64,000 nt of DNA from Tubulanus polymorphus (Eukaryota > Animalia > Nemertea), in contig NC_134025.1 of assembly GCF_964204645.1 (NCBI RefSeq), positions 8,122,001-8,186,000 on the forward strand, in the 5' to 3' direction. A model generated the notes under the pieces. It saw only the letters and a list, made by a program, of their open reading frames with translations. It was not told where the DNA came from and ran no database searches. Made by a program: the position numbers and the translations under genes. Positions 38,190-57,788 of this stretch are shown piece by piece; position 1 is the first letter of the stretch, and each line of letters opens with the position of its first letter.

Positions 38190-39017
38190 TGTTACGATTT
38201 AGCTATTTTGGCTAAATAGTAATGCTGTTTGTAAAGTATTTTTATGTTACTTTAGGGCAGAACATCTGCTGTTTTTATAACATTTAGCGTAGATCGACAT
38301 TCAAGACCCTTCAAACTGGCATCTTTAGGCTTCATTGTTCCAATTCTTAGATAGTATCCATTAGGCTTATAATTATATAAACATTGGTTGAAACCATGGT
38401 CTTGAGTGGCGATCTCTATACTTGTAGAGATTTATAGAGTATTTTAGTTATATTATTGTATATAGAATGTTTGGGAGTTTATTTAGTAATTAACTAATGG
38501 AAAGGGATTGAGACTTGGGGTGATATTCTGGGGATAAAAAGGGTTAGTTCAGTAGATTCGGGGAGAACGAGACCAAGCAAGAGAGGATAACGAGAACGAG
38601 AGAACGGGAACTGGAGAACTAGGCGGGAGTGAGAGCTAAGTCAAGTCCAGAGAAAAGCTAGTCAGGAGTACCGAGAGATCAGATCGGGATCGTACGGGAG
38701 AATAGCCGAGGGATTGGATCTGGATCAGACGGGGTGACTATAGGATTTACGCTGGATTTTAACGACACATTATAGAAGAAATTATATATCGGAGGATGGA
38801 ATAAATATACTCATATTATACTAGATAAAGGCAAACTACTGAGTTAAGTTAAGTATACTTTTTATATCCCGGATTCTAGGAGCTAGGGCAATCGTCTACA
38901 AATAGGTTATCAGTAGCAAGAGATACCGATAGGTAAGAAAAATATACTAAACCGTTTCACTCAGAGTTATCGAAAACGACGACCACTTAGATCGAACGAA
39001 CACTTAAAATCGTTTCA
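38190..39017 (+). mobile_element. Solo LTR (828 bp), probably Gypsy-type
   Basis: Imperfect terminal inverted repeat TGTTACGATTT..AAATCGTTTCA; 4-bp TSD CCAG at 38186-38189 and 39018-39021; AATAAA at about 38800. It interrupts an otherwise collinear CDS. Confidence 0.9.
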
Positions 39018-40847
39018 CCAGAACTTCACCTGTCCCGGAATGCTCAAATGCCCTGAAAGTTACTGCATCCCAGTGCGAAAGGTATGCGACGGAGTCTGGG
39101 ATTGTAAACACGGCTACGATGAAATGGATAGCGAGTACGGATTATGCACCGGTAATTTCTACTGCCCTGAAGAAAGAATATGTATTTCGCAAGAAGAAGT
39201 ATGTGACGGTGTAGTGCACTGCAAAACATGATTTGACGATGAGAGATATTGCGGTAATACATGTGCGGATGGCTGCCATTGCTTTAGTTATACTGTCAAC
39301 TGTGGCTTAAGTCCACAAAACAGCTCTGGTTGGATTAGCAAAAACACACGATTCTTAAATCTTTCTTACAGTCGTATTACTTTAGATAACGAAACGTTTA
39401 AATCTTTCTATCGTTTGGGACACCTCGACCTCAGCCACAACACAATATCTGTGATCGGTTCGAAAACATTTTCCGATCTTGTTAATTTACTGACTCTCGA
39501 CCTCAGGAACAGCGAGATACAATTCATTGATACCGAGATTCTTGAAGGACTTTCAAGACTTCAGTTTATTCACCTGGTGGGTAATCCACTTTCACGCCTC
39601 AAACCAATGGCGATTCAGTACTTGTCGTCTGTCCAATCTCTTTCTATCAATGAAATGTACAGACTAAATTCGATACCTCAAAATGCTTTCTTTGGGATGA
39701 TTTCATTAGAAAAATTAGACATAAGCGTAAATTCTATCAAAACCATATCCGATCGTGCATTTTCTGGTCTTATCCATTTAAGGGTTCTTAATGTAACTAA
39801 AAATCAACTCGAGCCGATATCACCAGACGTGTTTTATAATTTATCCTTGGAGGAGCTCTACACCGATGCCTTCAAATTTTGTTGCATTGCAAACAAATAC
39901 GAACAACACGCGCAATCGTGTTCCCCCGATCCAGACGAGTTTTCCTCTTGTTCTGATTTATTAGATAATCTTCCTTTACAGGTCGTTGTTTGGGTACTTG
40001 GTATAATGGCTGTTTTTGGAAATTTATTTGTCATTGGATATCGGTGCCGGGGAGAGAAAAATAACGTTACAATTATTTGGTATTGACACTGGCAATATCA
40101 GACTTTTTAATGGGTGTCTACCTAATTATCATTGCTAGTATGGACAGCATATATAGGGGAGAATATATTACTTACGAGGATATTTGGAGGAACAGCTTAC
40201 TTTGTAAATTTGCTGGAGTCATGTCAGTTGTTTCTAGTCAGATGTCGGTATACACTATGCTGTTGGTGACAGTTGACAGGTTCGTCGCTATCGTCTTCTT
40301 TCTGAAGCCACAGTTTCGGGTATCTATGAAACGTGCATTAACGAGTACATCAGTTGGCTGGATTATCTGGATCCTAATAGCCATTATTCCTCTCATAGAA
40401 CCCTATTTAGGTGGTTCGTACTTTGGCAATAATTACGGACGAAATGGGGTGTGTTTGCCATTTACAATTAGCAGGGGAGATGAGCTCGCAAAGGAGTATT
40501 CTTTGGCGCTACTCCTTTTTAATCTAGTTACATTTATGTTAATTGCATTTTGTTATATAGCAATCTACCACGTGTACCGCGTTTCGGAAAATAAGATGGC
40601 GGAATGTAAAAGCCGCACCAAATCTAACAAAATGACTTTGGTCAAAAAGCTTATTTTGATATTAATGACGGACTTAATATGCTGGTTCCCGATTGTGATT
40701 ACTAAACTGATGGCGATTAACGGAACTTTCATTAGCCCGGAAGTGGCAGCCGTCATGGCGGTTGTCATTCTTCCACTGAATTCTTCGTTGAATCCATTCC
40801 TTTACATATTCTTCGCTATTCGAGCAGCAAGGGATCTCAGGTGACAG

Positions 40848-42914
40848 AAAGAAAAAATCGTTCTATTAACCAAACACCACCGAGCGCCGAGAAATCAGCA
40901 AAAAAACAGCAGGTTTTTCAGCAGGTTTGTACATAATTGTAGTTATCTTCTAATCGAAGGAGATTTGTCAATATTGCGGGAAAAAACACCCAAAACATAC
41001 GATGTTCTAATGTGTCTTGGACATTTAAATCTGAATGACCGGATGATGGTCATTCAAAATAACGCCGTCTATTACTTCGGAGAATCATCAGATGAAAATC
41101 CATTAAACAATAACTGTCCGTATAGGCCTACAGATGTTGACAATCTTGTTGACGATTTGAAATCTGGAGACTCTGAGCTAAATATTCTACAACTCAACAT
41201 TCATAGCGTACTTAAAAAATTAAGCGAGCTAAGAAACTTAGTCAGTAAACATTTTATTAGAAAAACAAGGTTGTAAACTGCACCTAATTCTACTATGTGA
41301 GACACTGATTAATGACCACAATATAAGTACCATAGATATTCCAGGTTACCATTTAATTGAAGAACACCGACCAACTGGTCAAGGGGCGGAGTTGCCATAC
41401 TAGTGAATAAAGAATTACGATATGTAAAAAGAAAGCATTTACAAATCTTCAAACCTGGTCAATTTGAATCGTGCTTCATATAATATAATAATATTGTAAT
41501 CGGTGAAATTTACCGAATACCAGGGACTAAGGAAACTGAGTTTTTGAAAGATTACAGAATTTGTGTCGAAAAAATAAAGAGTGAAAATAAGCTAATAATC
41601 ATCGGCACTGATCAACTCTAGATTATTGGTGGAAAAAATTACGGTTTAAGGGGCACAGCCTTATCCTGGTTCGATAGTTACCCGAGAAATCGCAAAATGT
41701 ATGCCAAATACTCTAATGTACAATCTACCGAATTACCCATAGATTATGGAATTCCACAAGGCTCTGTTTTAGGGCCGCTTCCTTTCTTGATATATACTAG
41801 TGATATGCACCTATCCCTAAAAAATTCGAAGTCCATTCTTTTTGCAGATGACACTGATGCTTTTATCACTGGAAGATCAGTTGATCAATTAATTGATAAC
41901 TTAAGCGAAGATTTAAATATTCTTTGCGGCTGGTTTTGTGCAAATAACATAACACTTAATAGCTAAAACGAGAATTGTCTTATTCAAACCCAATAAAAAT
42001 TGACACATTAGAAATGAAGATGTTACTATAAAAATCGGAAATCAATCCCTAAAATTATCAACGTCACCGACTTTTCTTGGTTTACAATTGGATGAATACC
42101 TTGATTTTAATGAACATATAAATATGATCTGCAAAAGAATATCTAAGTACATCTACCTTATGAACTCCATAAAACACTTTGTACCATCATTCTCACTAAA
42201 ATTATTGTATCAAACTTACATCAATAGCCACTTATCATACTGCCTGATATCATGGGGACCACTCACATCTAATGCTAATACACAAAGACTTGTTAGATTA
42301 CAAAAAAATCAATGAGAGAAATTGCCAAATCTAAATACAATAGCCACGCGAATCCTATCTTTAAAAAATTCAACGTTCCTAAATTTGAGGATATGATCGA
42401 ACTAGAATCGCTTTAGTATGGTTTCAAACAATCAGCTACCGGTACCTATCATGAATATCTTTCAAAGGAATTCTTTTAACCACAATCACAATACTCGTCA
42501 ATGTAACCACCCTCGGATTCCATTACACAATAAAAGTTGTTTCCATAAAAGCTTCCTGTGCTTAATTCCTAAGAACTGGCAAAACTTGAAACAAGATTTA
42601 AGATCTTCCAAAACGATTTATTCACTTAAAGGCAAGTTCAAAAAATCTAGAACCAGCATTTATGATTAATAATGATGTTTATCTATGATCGTGCCATAGC
42701 CATTTTCATACATTTGTATCGGTATGCCTGTTGTGTGTCAGTGCGCGTAAATGAGGCGAGAGAGTGTCTGGGTGACCAAGTAACAAGCAATTTGCTTCAT
42801 TGGGCCCCCTCAATTGATATTACAACATTTCATATTCTGAATGTACATCTACTGTATAACTTGTATAACTTGTTATAATTTCTTTGTAAATAATGATCTG
42901 ATATATAAAAAAAA
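40848..42914 (+). mobile_element. Degenerate CR1/L2-group LINE with a large internal deletion
   Basis: APE start (NILQLNIHS, LLCET, IPGY) is joined at about 41620 to the second half of RT (YGLRGTALSWF.SY, YGIPQGSVLGPL.FLIY, LFADDT). Several frameshifts; short A tail at 42907-42914. Confidence 0.9.
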
Positions 42915-43369
42915 GTTACTACGACAAGTTGGTAGTTTAGAGTCCACTTAAACGTATTTGCTTATCGATATCAATATCTGTACATGGAGATATTATGAAA
43001 TACGCTGAAATGTTTAGATAATTACGAATATGCTTATCGAGTTACCAAAACGCAACCATTACCTTTATTCAAGATCAAATATATTCTATCCTTATTATAA
43101 TTGTTTTATTTTTTTACCCTTGTATCGATTATATTGTGTAAATTCAACATTGTATTATGAAAACAATAAACGTCGCATGATTTAAAAACGTGTATTTCTG
43201 CGCAATTTTATCAGGTACATATTTTTCAATATCAGATCTCAATATATGAAACACACACATTGATACCTTATTGACTTAACCTAATATAAAATGATGCATC
43301 CATTTTAACAATGGTACGTGATCCTACACTAATCCCTTCTTTCTTCGTGATATTTTGGAAGAATTCAAC

Positions 43370-45910
43370 CATTCAAATGCACGACTTGGTGGTTGAAAGG
43401 GGAGGTTTTGCTACTCGGCCATGTTTTTGCTTTAGGTATCGCTTATTGCCATGAAATATCTAAAACATACATGGGGAAGGTGCACTGAAGCCAAATGGTC
43501 TCATACCATTGTAACAAGGAGCGTTAATGAAATATGTGAGCTTCTCATGTGAGACTCTCATGATCTCCAGAATTCCCTGCTTCACCTTCTTCAATGAACT
43601 GTTTTTAGTTTTGAATTCAAAGCTATAAAATGTGCTCTGAAATAGGCATTCAAGTGTTTCATAATCTAAGCATTCTATCAAGAAATGCATTGTAACGTTC
43701 ACGGGAATATCATGTTGAAGTTATCTATTGAAGTACACATTATGGAAATGAACACATCATTTAAATTACAATCTATGCGTATATATTGACAGAAACAGAT
43801 CACTTAAATGACACTATGATTTTAATGAAACGTGATTTGGGAAATTATAATGCATCAAATGATTTTATCCGACACATTTATCAATGAATAAATGATGAGT
43901 ATTTGTGAGTGCACAGTGCTCATTGCCCACGCATCAACTTAATGATATTGAGGTTACCATGGACGTACTATAAACTCGAGAAGTATTTACAAATAATTTT
44001 ACAATCTCAAATATCTGATTAATTATACAGATGTTAAATATCAAAATAAGAGATTTTTTCAGCTCCATTTGTCATACATCAAGTGACTCTGAAATATCAA
44101 TATAGAAATCAGATAAAGAAGGGCGTGGTATGATACAAACAAACAAAAAACATTTCGAAATATCCAAAACAGATTCCCGCTGCGTGCATCAAATATTCAG
44201 AGGGATATAGTCACCACGCATATACTACACGTACCTTCCGTTTATGTCAAATAATGGAAGCTGATGGAAAAATCCAACGACCTTGACAATCTCACCAGTT
44301 CTGTAACGATATAAACCACCATCAGTAGTGACAATCAGTTCGTACATTTCTCCTTCATTTACCTGAAAATGAAGAAAATGATTACAGAATATTTCGTAGC
44401 TTATTGAAAATGAACGAAGAAGCCCTAAATAATACATATTTTGAAAATTTTGTTTTAAAAGGTTCATCGAACTACAACGTCTCGGATTCATAATGTATAT
44501 AATCCGGGATGGAACTTTTTACAAAATATCTGCTCGCTTGTAAGATAAATTCCTTTCCGATGACAGGCTATATTACCTCGTGTAAAAGCAACGTTGAACT
44601 TTCTTTTAAGTGCACTGATTCAACTGGCATAAATTCGAAGAATACTCTATCTAAGGTGGGTACGTAACTTGTATTTGCAGTCCATAGGCAATTCAAACCG
44701 CACACAGGGGCCGCAGAACAACCGTACATATAAGAATACATAGGCACATGACCACAGTACTCTTTACGTATATGTTCAGTTTCCTGTTCCAAAGGACCCG
44801 AGCCTTGTATCTGAATCACCTGCAGCGTTGGCCATATCCTCGGGAAAATGGAAGTTAAGTCTCCCAGTAAGAAATTTCTTAGTTCTACAGCCCGGGCTGG
44901 ATTAGCATGTAGACCGTTTTCCAGTTGTTTCTTTGCTTCCGATGACAGTTCATTAATATGTAGAGAACCTGTTTCGATGTCGAAACAAATATCACGCCAT
45001 CGCTGCTTGAAGACATTCAAAAATGATCGTAGCGTGCCTGGTGATTTGACTAACAGTCTACCAACATTTCGGTCAGATAAACCGAATATTAGATGAAGAT
45101 ATATCAACGTGTTCACGTCTGTAGCTAAGTCGTAGGCGATTAGCGGCGTTGTTGAACCCGGGGATGGACCTATGAGACCGGTGACGTTCCCGATCCGTGT
45201 ACTATCGACGGTTGAATATTCGAGATGAGGCGGTAGGTAAATATGAACGTGCTTTTTCAGTCCTTTGAAACAAGAAAACTGTTTCGAAGCGGCGTAATGC
45301 AGTTTATAAAATCCCCGTCTCCATGTGCGATACGAACGACTGTGAAAAGGGAAATATGTTTTCGAACTTTTATTTCCTGCAACCCCGAAGTAAATCGGTT
45401 TATCAGGCAACATTATGTCAGATACATCGTACTCCATCATTTCATTTACATATTCTTGATAATCGTTGGCTTTTGTAAGCGAATGCTTTTCAATGAAATC
45501 CTCCACGTTTCTTGTATCGTTTAGTTTTTTATCCGTGCTGTACTTCGTTGTTTTTGCCCACGAGAGAATGTTTCCCAAACAGTTTTGTTGAGCGCGGGCG
45601 ACGTGTGTAGAAAGTCTCTGCAGTTTGTAATGTCCCCATCGACCTAGAGTTAGGACCTTCAGAACGGAGAAGTACTGCTTTCTTAAAGTTATCATGGAGT
45701 GCGTTTCGCTCGGTTCTCGAGAGTAAATATCGAAGCAAACGGCAGCTATAGTGCCATGCAATAAGGCGATCGTCACTGGAAAAGAAAAGTGTGAATATGT
45801 TAAGATTATCGCAATATTACAATTTACGTTTGTAGTCTTTACTTACTCCAAATTGATTTTCCAATGGTCAGTTCCTCGCCATCGTCTTCGGTATCTTGCA
45901 TCACATACAT
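43370..45910 (-). CDS. GH3 domain-containing protein (GHDC-like adenylate-forming fold); C-terminal exons may be damaged
   Basis: Predicted exons 45910-45847 (MYVMQDTEDDGEELTIGKSIW), 45775-44577 and 44362-44235 (YELIVTTDGGLYRYRTGEIVKVVGF). GH3 hallmarks: Q..L..IL....T.Y, NPARA.EL, RIWP.L, FFEF.P. Downstream exons (about 43370-43960) are recognisable but contain stops. Confidence 0.8.
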
Positions 45911-47698
45911 CCGCAATTGCCTTCCCAGTATATAGAGAGATATAATGAGACTCGTGTGCCCTATGAGAAATATCTTCTCGCTTATGGTAAGACGTAGCAT
46001 ACTTAAACCCCTTTTCGGGCGACATTTATAGGCTGTATGTACCGTTCTGCAATAGCAATAGTCATGTTGTGATTATCAAACACATTCTAGAGCTACAGAT
46101 AAGAAAAAAATCCTTGGAAACGACCGTCTATAGGGCGATATTAATCAGCACTGATAAGAAATACATAAATGTATAGACATTCACAACGAAGTGCTCAATC
46201 AGTACCGACATTTGTCTACTGTACTATAGCATAAATTAGTATCGATATCGATAAAATCGGAGAAATGTACAATTGTACCAATGAGAAATTAGAAATTAAC
46301 GCTGAAAGCAATTTTCCATACAAAATGAAATTAAGTATATATCAAAGTTTCCAAAAATGTCTATATTTTGTGTTTTCGTTAGAAACTAAAATGATTAAAA
46401 TTATTTAGACAGATCACTCGAAATGTATTGCATTATATCTTTGTATTTAACCTTTATTCAACCCCATTAACCTATTTCAATTTATCGTATGAGGAAAAAG
46501 GTTGAAGTCCAAAATATGAATTTTCATTGAATTATGCGAAGATTATTTAAGTGTCAACAATATAGATTTGCCATTAATTCAATAATGTTAAAATAGCCAA
46601 ACGCATAACGGGCCACGTCTGAATGTATATAAAAGAAACACACACGCTAATGTGATTATCTGTATCTGAAACGACTACAGGTCATTTCCACCGAGTTGTA
46701 CCCTAAACAAATGGGAAATTTCTTAAGGGGTTAAGTGCCACATTTCCAAGATTTGGAAATATCGTGACCCCAGTGATAGCTGATGTGGTATGGATCAAAA
46801 TGATTATTTTTGTAAATTATTTTCTCTAAATTTGATATTGTTTTTAATTTCAAAAAGTTACAGGGAAAAGGAATTCACGATGGAGTGACAACTCGCTATA
46901 AGAACATTATTTTTTGCTATTTTAATAAACCACTAAATCTATCGTTTTGAAATTGTCATAAGGGAGTTGGCGTTGAACGTTCTGAAGACTTTTGGGACTT
47001 TATTGATTCTGGCTGCACAGGTGTCATTAACTTACCAGAGACTAGCAACAGAGAACTGAAACGATTGGAAGATGGTTGGCGGTTTGGAATGTATGATCTA
47101 TATTCAATTCATGAACTCTATCTAAGTGTAGTCGAATATTTCTTTTTCATTATATTTGGAACTTTTTGCTGTTTCAGAAGAAAACATAGATACGACAATA
47201 ATGCTGTGAGTATGACCTATTTAAATTATTGCACGTAGTCATACAGGATCCCATAAAACGTGTAATCATGTAATGCTTATACGAAATGAAGCTACTTCTT
47301 CAAGATGTTGAGAATATCAGGATAATATATAACAGAGTATAAAACAAAAATTTATGTCAAACGTATCTATATATTCATTAGTGAAATACCCTCTGTCATA
47401 CATGATGCTATGTGTATTCATATTTATTCATATCTAATTAAAACATACAAAAATAAAGGTTTCATTTACATCTGTGATATTGCTGATCAAATTGCCATGT
47501 ATCAGTCATGTGTTAAATATATTTTGCAAATGTAAACAATAGCGAGATTCCAATCAAAATCAAGTAAAGGTGATTGACGTAGAAGTTATCTTCTGTCGCG
47601 ATAAATCGTGTATTCTGCAGGTTCAGGCATTTAGATTATGACTTGAATTCACGTAAATGCACACAACCAAAATACTTCTACTTTTAAAATCTCGAATT

Positions 47699-54610
<6,912 letters not shown>

Positions 54611-56313
54611 AGCTTGGCGTTTTACAGTTTTGCTGCTTAAGTAATAAATGACATCCGTGAAAAAGTCTCTGGTGGCGAATTCTGGAAAATACGAAAGTCG
54701 ATCTCCACCAATTTTCTTTACGTAATACGAAACGTTTGTTTTAACGTGGCATTAAAACGGATTTTCGTGTTAGCTTTAAACGAATTGGTTGAGGTTGTAT
54801 GCCAGGATTATACACCATACAACATATATAGCGTATCAGCGTAACTCAAAAATCTTAAAGCGTACATATCCGAATGAGTTGTTTCTGACCGCTCAATCCC
54901 CAATGCGTTCTTACTTCATCAAAACAGAAAATGATTCGATATTTAACTGAAATTGCTTTTACGTAACTAAGAACAATCGCTAAGAGTGTTTTGGCTGCTC
55001 GAAAGGTATTCCAATTACCAGAGTATACATACTATAAGATTGAATGTATATACTATGATCTAGGCCTTGTTATATACAATTAAATGATCGCAAATTGTAG
55101 TTAGAGGTCCATTAATTATGAAAAACTCGCTGCAATTCATCGGTAATCGTTGGTGTACTCTTGATTCCGCTGGGAAATTAGTGTTCTTGTTCAGCTATTA
55201 AAGCTTCTCGGCTAAATTGAAAAACTAATATCTACGGAATAAAAATGGTGTTGGAATGTACAATGTGTGATTTCTTTTCAATGATAAATTACATTCAAGC
55301 CTTCGTTCATTCTGCAACTATATGTATCTCGACTTGAGGATTATCGTTTATACTTTCCGTTTAGATGCACGAAAATTTCGTGGTACACTTTTTATCCCAA
55401 TCATTGTGTATTTACGATAATGAGTAGCCGTTTATATCACACGTACCGTCAAGTTATGACTACTATCCTTTTTCACTTTTTTGAAATAAACTATGTAGAA
55501 ATTTCTAGACATCTACCTTCCTCGTACGAGATTCTCCAAGACTAATATATAGTGGCCTACATAGACGCTTGAAATCATGTTTATTTCATGGTCTAAACAC
55601 TTCACAAAAAAGAACTTTCAATAGCTTTCCAAGGATTTCATATTTACGCATGACATTAAAATATTGAATAAGGGGCATGTGGCGAAGTACAATTGCTGTT
55701 AATGAGACATACAAGCGTATATTGAATTGCTCTAGAAACAGATTCATGCCAGAAGTATTTGAATGTGAATAATTTAAGTATACCTAAATCGAGTCAGTTG
55801 TAAATTAGTGTCGACTTTTCTTTTTTTTAAAGTTTTAACAAAAATATTAGCAAAATTAGATAACTTTTGAAGCCGTGGGTCGATCTGGTTCAAGGAAATA
55901 ATGTCGAGGATTTTGAAATGAAGAATAAACATTGCAAAATGTCTTTAGGATTAGATATTTTTCAGAATCGTTTCACAACTGTTTCTGATCGATGAAAGAA
56001 AAAGAGAAAATAGAAATTTGGAAATGTAAAAATATGTTTTGTTCATCTCCAATAAAAACGAATTCAACCGTTGACTTTTAAATGGAAAACTTACTAATCG
56101 TTTCTGTCACGCCCGTTCGGAATGTAGATCAGACGTCATTTGTATGTGAGTCATCAACGATTAATCCCAAAACCAACTCTCAACTTCTCAGTTGGTTATT
56201 GTGTACAACCATGCATACATCAGGACTAGTCATTGCCGTCCTTATTTAATGAAAACCTTGTTATCATACATTATCTGCGCGCATCGATATGCCAGAACAC
56301 GAAAATAGATTAA

Positions 56314-56907
56314 CCCTTTAACCGGCAAGTATTTTTCGGCCTATGAGAGATTTTGGACCTTGCAAGGGAAAAACTTAATAACTCAGTAGATGTGAGGGAT
56401 AACCCCATACTGTATGTATTTTATGAAAGCTCTTTTCACATGCTTTCAAATGATACCATGTTTGCGAACTTTGGGAGTTACCTTCAGGGTCTGATCCCAA
56501 GGTCACAGATCCCAAGGTCATCCAGATTTTTGGGCCACCCATAATAAAAAAACTGTCATGAGATTCATCCCAATATGAATTATCATCAGAATCTTTCATT
56601 ACTATGTCCAAGATATCAGCCAAACTCACTAGAGAACGTCTTTAGTGCATTGGCCATTACTACTAACGATATTCTCAATTTTGGAAATCTGACCCACGTG
56701 ACATGTGGTTTCCATACCCCCTTCTACATGCCAAATGTATGATATATCACTTTCCAACCTTTTTAGACATTGTAGGCCGTCTGGTGTCGCCATCTGCTGA
56801 TAGGAAAATGAGTTAGAATGCTTCACTGAAATCAATACTTGACTATTCTATTCACTATAGCTGGTCTATTCAAATCGGTCGCTAGCGACCGATTGCCAGT
56901 TAAAGGG
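56314..56907 (-). mobile_element. 594-bp non-autonomous piggyBac-like element
   Basis: TTAA TSD at 56310-56313 and 56908-56911; TIR CCCTTTAACCGGCAA / TTGCCAGTTAAAGGG; subterminal palindrome AATCGGTCGCTAGCGACCGATT. A minus-strand acidic peptide SLADILDIVMKDSDD resembles a transposase N-terminus (inference). Confidence 0.88.
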
Positions 56908-57009
56908 TTAATACCGTGTGCTTAACTTGTGTGACTGTGCTCAATCCCATGGTCGACCATTTCCGCGCTATAGTTCCGACTAACTGGCATTCAGTTTAGC
57001 CGAGTTTTT

Positions 57010-57279
57010 AGTAGCGTTTTACGTCCCAAATGCAAGTAACAGTCTATCCTTGCCACTAGGGTTACATTGTTACTTGCAGTTGGGACATGTGGGTCTTAGG
57101 AGACGGCCGCGACCTTTTTATAGGTTGTTATGACTCACAACCTGACTAAGTTAGCAGAGCTTAGTCCAGCCACAGATACTCTAGTTTATACGTCCATGGT
57201 CCAGTCAACGCTAGAGGTGGTTGCGAAGCAGGAACCTCGTGGTTCTCAGTCCTCCAACCAACCAACTGAGCTAACCGCG
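57010..57279 (-). mobile_element. tRNA-derived SINE (degenerate)
   Basis: The minus strand starts GCGGTTAGCTCAGTTGGT (A box) with a decayed B box. The 3' end has a 19-bp stem-loop (57023-57086) followed by GTAAAAC. Confidence 0.65.
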
Positions 57280-57788
57280 AAGGAAAAAATTCGATTTCAC
57301 TTAGTTTAACTTAAGTTGACTAAACGCCAAACTAAATCGATGTATCCGATTACAGAATTTACTTATCAAAAATAACATAACTTTCTAGAAAATTAATGTG
57401 TCAAATACAAGTCATAGTTGGATGTATGCATTTTTGATATTCTATACTGGGCGAAGACCTTTTGTGTAAATAAATGGTCGGTAATAATATAAAATTTATG
57501 ATAATGATTTTCCGGGTTTTTAAATCATTGTTGGATTTCAATTTTCATAATCATTAATGGCACTAGGTTTTATTACTGGAAGCCAACTATACCTCAATAT
57601 AGACCAGGAAGAAAATACATATGTATATAACCAATAATGCAAAAAGACTATACTACATTCCTTTTGAAATATCCGAAATTCAAACCGCCTTAAATGAGTT
57701 ATTATATACATCGTGTATGGGGAAGCTATCGTCAATTTTCGGAATATATACTTATACATATTCATCTTTTGAATAAAATCTGCAAAAG

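Larger units (their letters stand above)
33910..42935 (+). pseudogene. GRL101-like LGR, copy 3, pseudogene
   Basis: Stops TAG 34324-34326, TAA 34738-34740 and TGA 39229-39231; solo LTR 38190-39017; 1-bp deletion at about 40070; about 58-bp deletion at about 40830; LINE 40848-42914. The final codons VTTTSW-TAG resume at 42915-42935. Intron 36571-36692. Confidence 0.93.

Noticed and set aside
44235-45910. GH3 gene as bacterial or plant contamination or recent horizontal transfer
   Set aside because: It has spliceosomal introns and host-like composition, is co-duplicated with host genes, and animals have GHDC-family genes.
45843-46025. 60-aa minus ORF as the first GH3 exon
   Set aside because: Wrong phase for the downstream acceptor; the frame starting at ATG 45910 splices in frame.
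46720-47000. Possible TTAA-flanked DNA transposon end (CTTAAGGGGTTAAG..)
   Set aside because: No matching opposite terminus or TSD found.
57205-57279. tRNA gene on the minus strand
   Set aside because: The A box is present but the B box and cloverleaf are broken; better explained as a SINE head.
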